64,000 nt of DNA from assembly GCA_001600815.1 (NCBI GenBank), contig BCKZ01000021.1, positions 186,001 through 250,000 on the forward strand, written 5' to 3'. The translations under genes and the position numbers were made by a program. The notes under the pieces are model-generated. The model had not been told where the DNA came from. It made no database searches and saw only the letters and a list, made by a program, of their open reading frames with translations. The number at the start of each line of letters is the position of its first letter. The stretch's first letter is position 1. Shown piece after piece: positions 1-9,831 of this stretch. The stretch is from Alloascoidea hylecoeti. Lineage: Eukaryota.

Positions 1-59
1 CTCTAATATAGACTCCCATACAAAAAAGTCAGTAAACGTGTTGTTATGGTAATTCTAAT

Positions 60-260
60 TCCTTCTACTGGTAATTGTTTACACTGCAGTCAGCGCAGTG
101 CCAATGGATTTTTAGTGAAGCCAGACGCGTTTCGTGCTAATCTGGGGAACACCTATCATTCTACCAGTTTTAGCATAGGTATGACCTGATCCTACCAAAT
201 AAACAATATACTTCTTTTTCTCTGTAGTCGTCGACCAAGTGGTTGAATATAGTTAACCAT
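60..260 (-). mobile_element. Probable Tc1/mariner-type transposase N-terminal HTH relic (frameshifted, with stops)
   Basis: Minus-strand reading from the ATG at 260 gives MVNYIQPLGRRL, then after a frameshift EKKKYIVYLVGSGHTYAKTGRMIGVPQISTKRVWLH*KSIGT. This follows the Tc1 paired-like HTH pattern (E..IV.L...G.S......GV..ST..R.....TG). Confidence 0.4.
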
Positions 261-1477
261 TTTATTTTTTCCCCAAATTCATCGATTTAATAACGAACCA
301 AATTTAAAGTTAAACCCTCCACTCGCCGATTGGATTGTTAGAATCAATTGCTATTCCCAGCTCGGCACCCATGTGACAAGATCATACAATTGCAAAGAAA
401 CTAGTGTAAAGCGTTACATACTTTGTACAACATTAAATATCCTAAATTAAAGTTTATCAAGAGGTTTATGCTGAATCTCTCGGATATCCCTGTAGTCTAA
501 GAGATACGAAGTCGTAGTATAAATATTAAATATAACGTGCAAATATTAAAGTAAATATGTCATATAGTTTTACTAGGGAATACTATCGTAACACACTAAG
601 GAGGAAAAGATAAATATTAACAACATTAAGATAACACACAATATCAAATATTGATTGATCTTCAAGGAATGAGGACTTTCCATTTATAATCGGGTGTAAA
701 ATTTAAAACATATGTTCACAGACGACCACTGCGTATCGCCGAGCATTCGAGCAATTTCGGGGATTTTTTGTGAGCTTCAATCCAATTAATCTAAATTTCA
801 CACCTCGCGAACTTTGACACGACTTAGAGACTACTTCGAGCCAAACTAAGTGAATGTCAGACCTGAAGTTCTTCGATGGGATCACGATCTCAAGCGAATT
901 TCACACCAGTCGTGTTTCGATTCAAGCAAGATCCTGCTTATGTCATGAGCCCAACCAAATAACTCAAAGGAAGTTGAAATTTTGAATCAGTAAAAACGAC
1001 AGAAAAAATATGTATGACTCAAGCTCCTGGATCCTCAAAGGTTATAGTTTACCCGAGTTTCTCAGAATACGCAAATTTTAGAGGTATAGCAAGCTCAAGG
1101 CCTCTTAAAAGACCTCGCTTAAGCATTATTTTTCAAAATATTTTATTGTTATATTCGTTTTTTTAGGATTTTGAGCTCGACTCAAATTCTGAAGGTGCAA
1201 AAGGTCCAAGATTAGGCTTGAGTGCTAGCCGATTCGCGGCCTACTATATCGTGTAGGTGGTAGGGGACCTATACCTATAACTAGATGGCTATAATATTGC
1301 TATAGGTATTGTTGATCAAATCAGCTTAACGTCATCATTAACAATTCCAAATTTAATTATATTATATATAGGTTACCGTTTAAGACAAATTCGTCGAGTC
1401 CGATCAGATTTAAAATTAAAGTTATAATAGCATGCGATGCTCCTTGCTATTATTGTTCAATTTGATATGTTATACAA

Positions 1478-1512
1478 TTATATTATATTATATTATATTA
1501 TATTATATTATA
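1478..1512. repeat. (TTATA)n microsatellite
   Basis: Perfect pentamer run upstream of the AIM6-like gene. Confidence 0.85.
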
Positions 1513-1613
1513 TACGTATATATATGATGTCACGACTCAGAAAGATATTCTGGAGAAAAAACTTAATATAAATATATGAAATCTTGCATTTTTTCCTCCT
1601 TTCAATTACAAAT

Positions 1614-2528
1614 ATGAAAATCTGTAACGTTTTTTTGTTTTTAACATGTTTAGTAATTTATTATTTTTCAGTTGTTGCTTCAGATAATAGCACCATATCA
1701 AGTTATCCTGGAAGTAATGAAGATGTTCCTGTTCGTCAAATTCATTCACATAATGATTTCTGGAGAAAACGTCCATTTTATGATGCTGTTGAAAAGGGGG
1801 TTCAAGGTATAGAAGCCGATGTTTGGCTTTTGGATGATAATGACACAACGTTATACGTTGGACATCATCCTTACTATTTGAATAAAGAGAAAACATTGGA
1901 CAAATTATATATCCAACCAATTCTTGAAAGACTTGATAATGTGAATAATCCTAAATATCATTTACCTCAGGTTAAGAATTCTTCAGATTATAATGGAAAG
2001 ACAAATGGGGTTTTTCATACCAACCAGAATGCTACTTTGTACTTCGTTCTTGATGTTAAAACCAATGGTTCAACCACTTGGCCAAAAATCCTTAAAGCTT
2101 TCCAACCATTGCGAGAAAAGGGTTATTTAACTGATTTTAATGGAACTCATATTACATACAGACAAGTAACAGTCATTGGATCTGGTACTACACCATTAGA
2201 ATATTTTCTTACAAACAAAACTCGTGATTACTTTTTTGAAGCCCAATTAGAAACATTGAACTCTACTTTTGTTCATACTATCAGCCCAATTGCTGCCACT
2301 AATTTTTTAACTTCTGTTGGAAAGCCTGGTTTAAATGGTTTAAATGAAACTGCTTTGAAAACATTAGAATCTCAAATCCAAAAAGCACACTCTTTAGGTG
2401 TTAAGACAAGATATTGGAATATTCCTGAATGGCCTGTTAGAACAAGAAATGCTGTTTGGGAACAAATGCTAAATCTAGGTGGAGACTTTCTTAACACTGA
2501 TAATTTAGATGCAGCAATAAATTTTTAA
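1614..2528 (+). CDS. AIM6: AIM6-family PLC-like phosphodiesterase with N-terminal signal peptide (paralog A)
   Basis: Motifs IHSHNDFWRKRPF, GIEADVW, LYVGH, LYIQPIL, DVKT and GVKTRYW. The first ATG is at 1614; the ORF-track start at 1584 is TTG. The N-terminus MKICNVFLFLTCLVIYYFSVVAS is hydrophobic. Confidence 0.85.
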   Translation: MKICNVFLFLTCLVIYYFSVVASDNSTISSYPGSNEDVPVRQIHSHNDFWRKRPFYDAVEKGVQGIEADVWLLDDNDTTLYVGHHPYYLNKEKTLDKLYIQPILERLDNVNNPKYHLPQVKNSSDYNGKTNGVFHTNQNATLYFVLDVKTNGSTTWPKILKAFQPLREKGYLTDFNGTHITYRQVTVIGSGTTPLEYFLTNKTRDYFFEAQLETLNSTFVHTISPIAATNFLTSVGKPGLNGLNETALKTLESQIQKAHSLGVKTRYWNIPEWPVRTRNAVWEQMLNLGGDFLNTDNLDAAINF

Positions 2529-3509
2529 TCTCTTTTTTTTTTTTTTTTTTTTTTTTGACCCACTGTAACTGTATCTTAATACGTTAGTCTTATAGTTTAT
2601 ATTTTTATTTCAAGTCCTCCTCCTCTATAGATATATTGAAGAAACCAAGCCACTACAATCTTTATAATAGCTATTCGTATTTTTTGAGACATCTTGTTCT
2701 GCAATTGCAATTAGGAATAGTATTGTAAGGAAAAGGGTCTAAAAAGTTTACATTCAACCAAAGAAAGATTTCATATCCTTTTCTTTAAGAACAGTGAATT
2801 CCAATAGTATTACTTATCTATAACAGTATAAAATTAAGTTTGTCATATATACTGTAAACAAATACGGTATAGCAGAGTACTCGGATCAGTGAGCATACTG
2901 AATACCACAACATTGTTCCGTTGTAACCATGAAGCACAGAGCCAGCAACAGATGTAAATTATTATAAATACTATCACTAAAATCTATTTGATTTCATAAT
3001 TCTGATATCGAAGAAAAAATTTACGAACATGAATATAGCAACAACAATAACAAATTTGAAGATGTTGATGCGATTTGTCCATCATTAGATATATCGTGAG
3101 TTTTTAGCTTCTCCAACCACATTTTGGGAATTTCTTTTACAAACTAAGGAGATTGCAATTCTCTAGTAAATTCCTCATATAAAATGAATTTTCCTTTATT
3201 TTTTTCCCCTTGAAATATTCTCTTCTTTCCGAAGTTGGAAGCATCTAACAATGATAGATTCGCGATGTTGTATTGAGAGAGAACCTTGAAGTAATGTAGG
3301 TCTATACCATTGGTGAATATATTTTGGATTCTCGCTTAAAATTCTGTACAGATCAAATTTTCTGGTTCTTTTGTAGAGAAGTGTCTTGAAATGACAAGTA
3401 TATGATGTTTTGCAGAACAATAATGCTTTGTTATTGCGATCCTTGTTAGAAAATTTTGAGATGGATCTTTTTTCACGCGCTCAACAATCATCTCATCAGC
3501 TAGCTTATG

Positions 3510-3785
3510 AACATGTATAATTATGTAGTGTTATTTTTTTACAATTATAAATTATAAATTATAGAAACTCCAAAACATAGTTTTACGTTAAAGTTTCAAC
3601 AATATTTCTTATACCTCTTTGATATTATCTTCAGTAATCAATACTATAATAATAAATATATCATTTGAATTCACAAGATAATTACAGTACTAGAGGCAGT
3701 TTAAAAAAGTCAGTTACTGATATTTTCAGATCAATTGTAAATTGTGAAAAAACTCGAAGCAACCGACGACGTATCATAATCAAAA
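3510..3785 (+). repeat. Truncated copy C of the dispersed RanBD-like repeat (upstream region plus N-terminal codons)
   Basis: 3683-3770 is the reverse complement of about 13905-13995 (aaaaagtcagttactgat...attgtgaaaaaa). 3600-3665 is the reverse complement of blocks in 46900-47050 (caatactataat...aaatatatcat; aatatttcttatacct). Confidence 0.75.
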
Positions 3786-3892
3786 ATATATATGGGTATG
3801 AAGATTAAACTCGGTGATCACGTGACGTGGATTAATATATTAATTTTCACACACACACTCGTGAAAATACACATTTAGTAACGGTTACGACT

Positions 3893-4426
3893 ATGGGAGA
3901 GCCGATTAATGCCAACCCAACGGTGCTACAAGCATTACCTTCCAGATACGAGAGCAGGGAAGACGCGGGCGATGAAGAGATTGAGAGGTTACTCGGGCTG
4001 AGTGTTTTCCGGCGGGAGGAGGAGGAATCGGAAACCGAAGAGGAAGAAGAGATTGACCCGCAAGAGGTTTATGATCTGGTCAGTGGGATCAGCGATCCCG
4101 AGCACCCGCTGACACTGGGGCAGCTGGCAGTTGTGAGCCTGGAGGACATTGCAGTGAGCCATGGGCGGCGGAGGATGCGGGTTGCGGTTGAGATCACGCC
4201 CACGATCACGCACTGCTCGCTGGCCACGCTCATTGGGCTGGGGGTGCGGGTGCGACTGGAGCGCAGCCTGCCGGCGCGCGCCCACCCGGTGGTGGGGGTC
4301 AAGGCCGGGTCGCACGAGAGCGCGGGGGCGGTTACCCGGCAGCTGGGGGACAAGGAGCGGGTGCACGCGGCGTGCGAGAACGGGCAGCTGGCGGCCGTGA
4401 TTTCCAAGATGCTGGACGCCTGCTGA
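3893..4426 (+). CDS. CIA2: Cytosolic Fe-S assembly component Cia2 (MIP18/FAM96 family)
   Basis: Motifs ISDPEHPLTLGQL, EITPTITHCSLATLIGL and QLGDKERVHAACEN. Confidence 0.93.
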   Translation: MGEPINANPTVLQALPSRYESREDAGDEEIERLLGLSVFRREEEESETEEEEEIDPQEVYDLVSGISDPEHPLTLGQLAVVSLEDIAVSHGRRRMRVAVEITPTITHCSLATLIGLGVRVRLERSLPARAHPVVGVKAGSHESAGAVTRQLGDKERVHAACENGQLAAVISKMLDAC

Positions 4427-4529
4427 TTCGGGCTGACGGGCGGGTAACATTCTTTTCTGTAGCCTAATCATAACTTTAAATCCAGATTCACGACTGCACC
4501 GTATTAGGTTTGGCCAGATAGATGGGTAT

Positions 4530-7500
4530 ATGTATTTGTTGAGTATGCCAAACACCAACATGCCGACGGAGCCGCCACAGCCAGCCCCACCAGGGCCCCA
4601 GCCCCAGCACGGCCTCCCGCACGGCCCCCAGCACGGCCCCCAGCACGGCCCCCAGCCGAGGCTCGTCAAGAAGAAGTCCTTCTTCCAGACTCTGTCCTCG
4701 CGTTTCCAGAAGACGCCTGCCCCCGTCCCCCCCGTCCCGGCCCCCGTCCCCGTCCAGGTGCCCGTCCAGGTGCCCGTGCCGACCATCGCCCGGCTGCCCC
4801 ACTCCCACACCGCCCCCACCGGCCCAGCCTTCCTGACCTACTCGTCCCCCATGCACTCCGACCACAACGTCAGCTCCAACGTGTCTCTGAACACCAGTTG
4901 CAGCGCAGTCTCGCTTCCTGCAGGCCAGCTCCAGCTCCAGCTCCAGCTCCAAAACTCAACTTCAACGGCATCTTCACGAAACTCCAGCGGGAGACTGCGC
5001 ATGCATCGCCGTAAGGGGAGCGTTCTGGGGTTCGTCTTCGAAAGAGACACGGCCCACACCCCGAAAAAGAAACATTCACAGTCCGCCTATTCAAACCACC
5101 TGCCTGGTATGGATCCATCGCTGCAATATAACACCCAAAGCTCGTCTTCTTTTCAGACTCCAAAAACTCCAAATCTGTACTCAAGTGCCTCGTCTCAATA
5201 TCAGTCTCAGGATCTGTCTCAAGATCTGTCTCAAGATGATAGGTCGCGATCAAAATCCATAGCCTCGAGTTTCAGTATCGGTGAATCCAATGCCTTCGTT
5301 TTAAACATCGACAGTCACTCAACTACTTCTTCAACTTCAACCCAAACTAATCAGAAAATTAATTCAATTTTAAAAAAACCAAGATCAAAATCAATACAAA
5401 CTTTAAATCTAAAACAAAGCCCGTTATCTAATTCAATACATAATGTTATTGATAATAATATTATTGAATCTCCATCTTCATCTCCTTTAAGAACAAGACA
5501 CTACACTTTATCCGAAATCCCTGGTTTAAATTCAAAATTTAATTTTAATGATGATAATCATTTCATTAATAATATTGACGAATCTTCCCCAAAATATATT
5601 GATAATTCATCACCAAAATATATTGAAAAATCAAAATCAAAATCAATACCCATTAATTCTTATAATCCTAATAATAAAGATAAAAATGATGATTTTGTAC
5701 CAAAAAGTATAATTAAAAATCATTCCCATTCAAAATCTGAAACTTTTAAATCTTCAATGTATATTAATTCTTTATCTTCAGTTTCAAATCCTGAATTAAT
5801 AAATCTTTCAGATTCAAATGATAAATCAAACTCATTCGTTTCTTCAAATGAAAATCCTGGTAATGAAAATCCTGGTAATGAAAAACTTAATTTACCACAT
5901 TCAATACCAATGACAAAAACAATATCAAGTTTAACAACTGCAAGTAATAATACTGAATTAAGTTTTATTAATAGATATACTTCTTCAATTAATTCAACTG
6001 ATCAACTTCAAGAAAGTGAAATAAAAAAAAATGATTATAATTATATTCATAATCATAATCATAATCATAATCATAATCATAATCATAATCATAATCATGA
6101 AAATGAAAATGAAGAATTATTTTCATCGATACAAAGTTCTGAATCAAATGATACATTTAAAAGATATAATACTTTACAATCAACAATATCAACATCATTA
6201 TCAATTCATAATCTTGAATCAAATAATGTTAATAATAAAATTAAAATTGAAAATGATATAGGAACTGGGAAAATAAGATCAACTGAAATTGAAATGAAAA
6301 ATTCTTATCCAATGATAACTTCTGATTCTGATCCAGAGACTGCAATACCTTCAGAAAAAACAGTAGTAAGAAGAAGAAGAAATAGTAATGGTGATGGAAA
6401 TCATAGAGCTAAAATTGATAATAGACATTCTCGTTGTATTGATGGTTTTATTAAAACTCCAAATTCAAATGCAAGTACTCCAACTTCTGTTAGTATTGAA
6501 AATATTGATAATTATCATAATAAAGAACAATCTTTATTAGAATCAAATTCTTCAATTTCAATTTCAAATTCAATTTCAAATTCCATTTCAGATTCAATTT
6601 CAAATTCTGTTTCAAATTCAAATGATAATTATAATATTAATAACAACAACGAATCAATCACAACAAATTCAATAAAAACTGTTAAATCTGAACAAATTGA
6701 AATGATGTCTCATTTAAATACTTCTAAATCTGTTCCCTTACCATATGATTTTAATCCATTATCAACAAATTCAACAATTAATCAAAGATCATTATCATCT
6801 GAAATATTATCTGAAAGATCATCAAATGATATTAATGAAAAATTAAATTATCATAATAGAACAACAACATTAAATGATATTTTAATTAAAAAACAAAAAA
6901 CAAAAATTTTAGAAAATAATAAATTAAAATCAAGTCTTAAAAGATCAAAATCAACAAATTCAACAACAATTTCAACAACATCAAAATTTCATAGAAAATC
7001 AATTCATAATAATAATAATAAACAAAAGTCTTCAATTATAACAAAACCTCAATTACCAATAAAACATCCATTAGCAGTTAATTCAACAAATGGTACTAAT
7101 TCACCAAGTCGTAAAACTTCTTTAAGGAGAACTGTTAAAGATTTCCCATCTTTAATTGATACTGATTTAGCAAATTCAAATCAATTTATTTATGCTTCAA
7201 TGAAATCATCAAAATCAACTTTTGATTATTCAAGAATGGGTATGAATGATCCTCAACAAAAATCAAAGGATAAAATTAATAATGATAATGAAAAAGATTT
7301 AGAAAAAGATAAAAAATTTAGAGATAATCATAAAAATGGTAAAAATGGTAAAAATGGTAAAAAAATAAAAAGAGCTTTATCAACTTATTTTTTAAAAAAT
7401 ATTAATTTTGATTATAATGATCATGAAAATTCAATTAATAATAATAATGATGGAATACATCAAAATGTTACAATTGTTGATAATTCATCATCAACTACAA

Positions 7501-8381
7501 ATAATAATCATAATAATAATAAATCAAATCGTAGAATTCATCATAGATCAGCAAAATCATCATCATCACATAAATTATTATCATCAAATTCAATTTCAAA
7601 TTCTTTAATAAATCCAATTCCAAAAAAATATAAATTTACTTGTCCTGTACCATTAATTGGTACATCATTAATTGAAAGATCAAATTTCGAAAAAACTTTA
7701 ATTCCTTTTATTGTAACAAGATGTTTACAAGAAGTTGAAAAAAGAGGTTTTGATGAAGAAGGTATATATAGAAAATCTGGTAGAAAATTAGAAGTTGATG
7801 AAATTTTATGGTTTTTTGATAATCCAAAAAGATATTTATTACCTTCATCTTCATCTTCATCTTCATCCTTATCTTCAAATTTAACAACTACAACAAATAA
7901 TGAAAATTCAATAAAAGTTAATAATGAATCAATTGATGATTTATTTAATAGAATTGATATTAATTCAATTACTGGTGCATTAAAAGAATATTTAAGAAAA
8001 TTACCTGAACCATTAATAACATTTGATTTATATCAAGATTTTTTAAATGCTAGTAAAATTGGTTATGATTTACAACAAAATCAAGAAGATTTTACTGAAG
8101 AAGATGAATTAAAAGTTAAACAATTAAAAATTTCACATTTAAATCAATTAATTCATAAATTACCTTTATCACATTTATATTGTTTAAATTCAATTATTAA
8201 ACATTTAAATAAAATTGTTGAAAAAAGTGATTTAAATAGAATGACAAATAGAACTTTATCAATTATTTTTAGTCCAACTTTAGCTTGGGATAAAGAAAAA
8301 AAAATGGATATAATTGATTTACCTGGGAAAAGTATGGCTATTAATATAATGATTGAAAATAGTGATGAAATTTTTGGATAG
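4530..8381 (+). CDS. Rho GTPase-activating protein with a long S/N-rich disordered N-terminus and a C-terminal RhoGAP domain
   Basis: Motifs IPFIVTRCLQEVEKRGFDEEGIYRKSG (arginine finger), LKEYLRKLPEPLIT and NRMTNRTLSIIFSPTL. The start could be the ATG at 4530, 4545 or 4560. Confidence 0.88.
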   Translation: MYLLSMPNTNMPTEPPQPAPPGPQPQHGLPHGPQHGPQHGPQPRLVKKKSFFQTLSSRFQKTPAPVPPVPAPVPVQVPVQVPVPTIARLPHSHTAPTGPAFLTYSSPMHSDHNVSSNVSLNTSCSAVSLPAGQLQLQLQLQNSTSTASSRNSSGRLRMHRRKGSVLGFVFERDTAHTPKKKHSQSAYSNHLPGMDPSLQYNTQSSSSFQTPKTPNLYSSASSQYQSQDLSQDLSQDDRSRSKSIASSFSIGESNAFVLNIDSHSTTSSTSTQTNQKINSILKKPRSKSIQTLNLKQSPLSNSIHNVIDNNIIESPSSSPLRTRHYTLSEIPGLNSKFNFNDDNHFINNIDESSPKYIDNSSPKYIEKSKSKSIPINSYNPNNKDKNDDFVPKSIIKNHSHSKSETFKSSMYINSLSSVSNPELINLSDSNDKSNSFVSSNENPGNENPGNEKLNLPHSIPMTKTISSLTTASNNTELSFINRYTSSINSTDQLQESEIKKNDYNYIHNHNHNHNHNHNHNHNHENENEELFSSIQSSESNDTFKRYNTLQSTISTSLSIHNLESNNVNNKIKIENDIGTGKIRSTEIEMKNSYPMITSDSDPETAIPSEKTVVRRRRNSNGDGNHRAKIDNRHSRCIDGFIKTPNSNASTPTSVSIENIDNYHNKEQSLLESNSSISISNSISNSISDSISNSVSNSNDNYNINNNNESITTNSIKTVKSEQIEMMSHLNTSKSVPLPYDFNPLSTNSTINQRSLSSEILSERSSNDINEKLNYHNRTTTLNDILIKKQKTKILENNKLKSSLKRSKSTNSTTISTTSKFHRKSIHNNNNKQKSSIITKPQLPIKHPLAVNSTNGTNSPSRKTSLRRTVKDFPSLIDTDLANSNQFIYASMKSSKSTFDYSRMGMNDPQQKSKDKINNDNEKDLEKDKKFRDNHKNGKNGKNGKKIKRALSTYFLKNINFDYNDHENSINNNNDGIHQNVTIVDNSSSTTNNNHNNNKSNRRIHHRSAKSSSSHKLLSSNSISNSLINPIPKKYKFTCPVPLIGTSLIERSNFEKTLIPFIVTRCLQEVEKRGFDEEGIYRKSGRKLEVDEILWFFDNPKRYLLPSSSSSSSSLSSNLTTTTNNENSIKVNNESIDDLFNRIDINSITGALKEYLRKLPEPLITFDLYQDFLNASKIGYDLQQNQEDFTEEDELKVKQLKISHLNQLIHKLPLSHLYCLNSIIKHLNKIVEKSDLNRMTNRTLSIIFSPTLAWDKEKKMDIIDLPGKSMAINIMIENSDEIFG

Positions 8382-8599
8382 ACTTTCAAAGTAATGAATG
8401 AGAAAATGAATTGGAATTGAAATTGAAATGGAGAATTATAGTATTTGATTTGAATAGTTGATGCTGGTTAATCCACTAATTAATTAAAACTGACGATTTT
8501 TTTAAACAACAATTAATAAATAATAACTGGTTATTTTAAATTTATTCAAAAGAAATAAATAGATACTGGATTTACATTCATTTTGCTTTAAAATCTTTG

Positions 8600-8668
8600 T
8601 TTTATTTTATTTTATTTTATTTTTTTATTTTATTTTATTTTATTTTATTTTATTTTATTTTATTTTTT
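8600..8668. repeat. (TTTTA)n microsatellite
   Basis: Direct inspection of the sequence. Confidence 0.85.
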
Positions 8669-9281
8669 TAAAATATAGCATGCCAGAACATTATCATAAA
8701 TTTACACTTTTTTTTCTTTAGCTATCTCTAGATTATTACAATTTCTACTTTCATAATCATTGTTATTGCTTTTTTTTTCTTTTATATTATTACTATTATT
8801 TTTCATCATTTGATTTCATTCAAATTCAGTTTATAATTTGCTTTACAATTTATTTTTGTTTGTTAACAATCAAATGCGATTTCGTTAATTAATTATAAAG
8901 TATTGCTAATTTTGCTTTCATTTATCATTATTATTATTATTAATAATATTATTATTTAGTTACATTTTTATTTGTTTTTATCTACTTTGTACTTGTTTAA
9001 TCTTTAAATTTTGAAAGGAAAAAAAATTCATTTTTGTTTTTAAAGTTTGTACTGTTTTAATTGTTAATTTTATCAACCTATATTTTCTCCATTCAATTTT
9101 GTTTTTTGTCAATGTATAATTATAATTAACATTGAAATATTTGGCATTAATAATCGATCCTTATGTAAATTTTATTTAAATGGGAGGAATTGGTTTAATT
9201 GTATTAATAAAGTTATTGGTAATGGAACTGAAATAATAATAATTGATATTTGATAATTAAAGAATAATTGTAAAAAGTTTA

Positions 9282-9688
9282 TAGTGCGCGGCACTTAAAA
9301 TGAACAACTGTTTTTTTGAGCAAAATTTGTTTCGATAATCCATGCATGCAATTATACATACTACCACATGAGAAAATACAATGGTTTATATGCATGCACA
9401 CGACTGGATAAAGCAAGTGTTATTGCCATTTTGCACACGATGCACATGGTTGCATACAATTGTGACTATCTTTCTTAACGATTTGAAATAAGAACAAATG
9501 TTGTTCAAATAATTTTGACAGATAATTGCAAAATTTAATTCAAAAAGACATGAATCACATTTTCCATTTATCTACCTTTTTTTGATGTCTCTAATACATT
9601 TAATGGAAATGTGGTAACATGTTCCCTGAGGGGTATTGAGAGTTTTTTGATTTTCCTAAAAGTTGTTCATTTTCAGTGACGTGCTCCA
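9282..9688. mobile_element. MITE-like non-coding element of about 407 bp with 28-bp imperfect terminal inverted repeats
   Basis: 9282-9309 TAGTGCGCGGCACTTAAAATGAACAACT matches the reverse complement of 9661-9688, TGGAGCACGTCACTGAAAATGAACAACT, at 23 of 28 positions. There is no ORF inside and no clear target-site duplication. Confidence 0.6.
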
Positions 9689-9708
9689 ATGTGTGTGTGG
9701 ATGTTAAC

Positions 9709-9729
9709 GCGATGAGCCAAAATTTTTCA
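9709..9729 (+). promoter_or_regulatory. PAC (GCGATGAG) and RRPE (AAAATTTTTCA) ribosome-biogenesis promoter elements of NAF1
   Basis: GCGATGAG at 9709-9716 is followed by AAAATTTTTCA at 9719-9729, about 100 bp upstream of a ribosome-biogenesis gene. Confidence 0.8.
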
Positions 9730-9831
9730 AGCAGTAAAAATCAAAATTTCTTTAGTAAAATTTCCATTACCTTTTCATTTCATTAATATTCAGACTCATT
9801 TTTTTGGAATTCAATATACAACCATTTTGTG

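Noticed and set aside
3050..3480. Minus-strand coding-like stretch (74-aa ORF and flanks)
   Set aside because: It has a TTG start, in-frame stops and no recognisable family. It may be a relic but cannot be supported.
4100..4135. Possible CUG codon reassignment (CUG-Ser or CUG-Ala yeast)
   Set aside because: CTG codons occupy conserved Leu positions in Cia2 HPLTLGQL and in the Lsm2 start ML, consistent with the standard code.
3950..5110. GC islands as horizontally transferred DNA or contamination
   Set aside because: They lie inside ordinary fungal housekeeping ORFs that continue in frame into AT-rich sequence with a gradual transition.
3989..5253. Several long antisense or alternative-frame ORFs (3989-4819, 4069-4407, 4488-4952, 4870-5253)
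   Set aside because: These are shadows of CIA2 and the RhoGAP in stop-poor GC-rich DNA, and they carry no recognisable motifs.
6031..6261. Poly-Ile and similar ORFs (also 7408-7608, 11566-11781, 63730-63954)
   Set aside because: These are alternative-frame readings of coding microsatellites such as (AATCAT)n and (CAAAAY)n.
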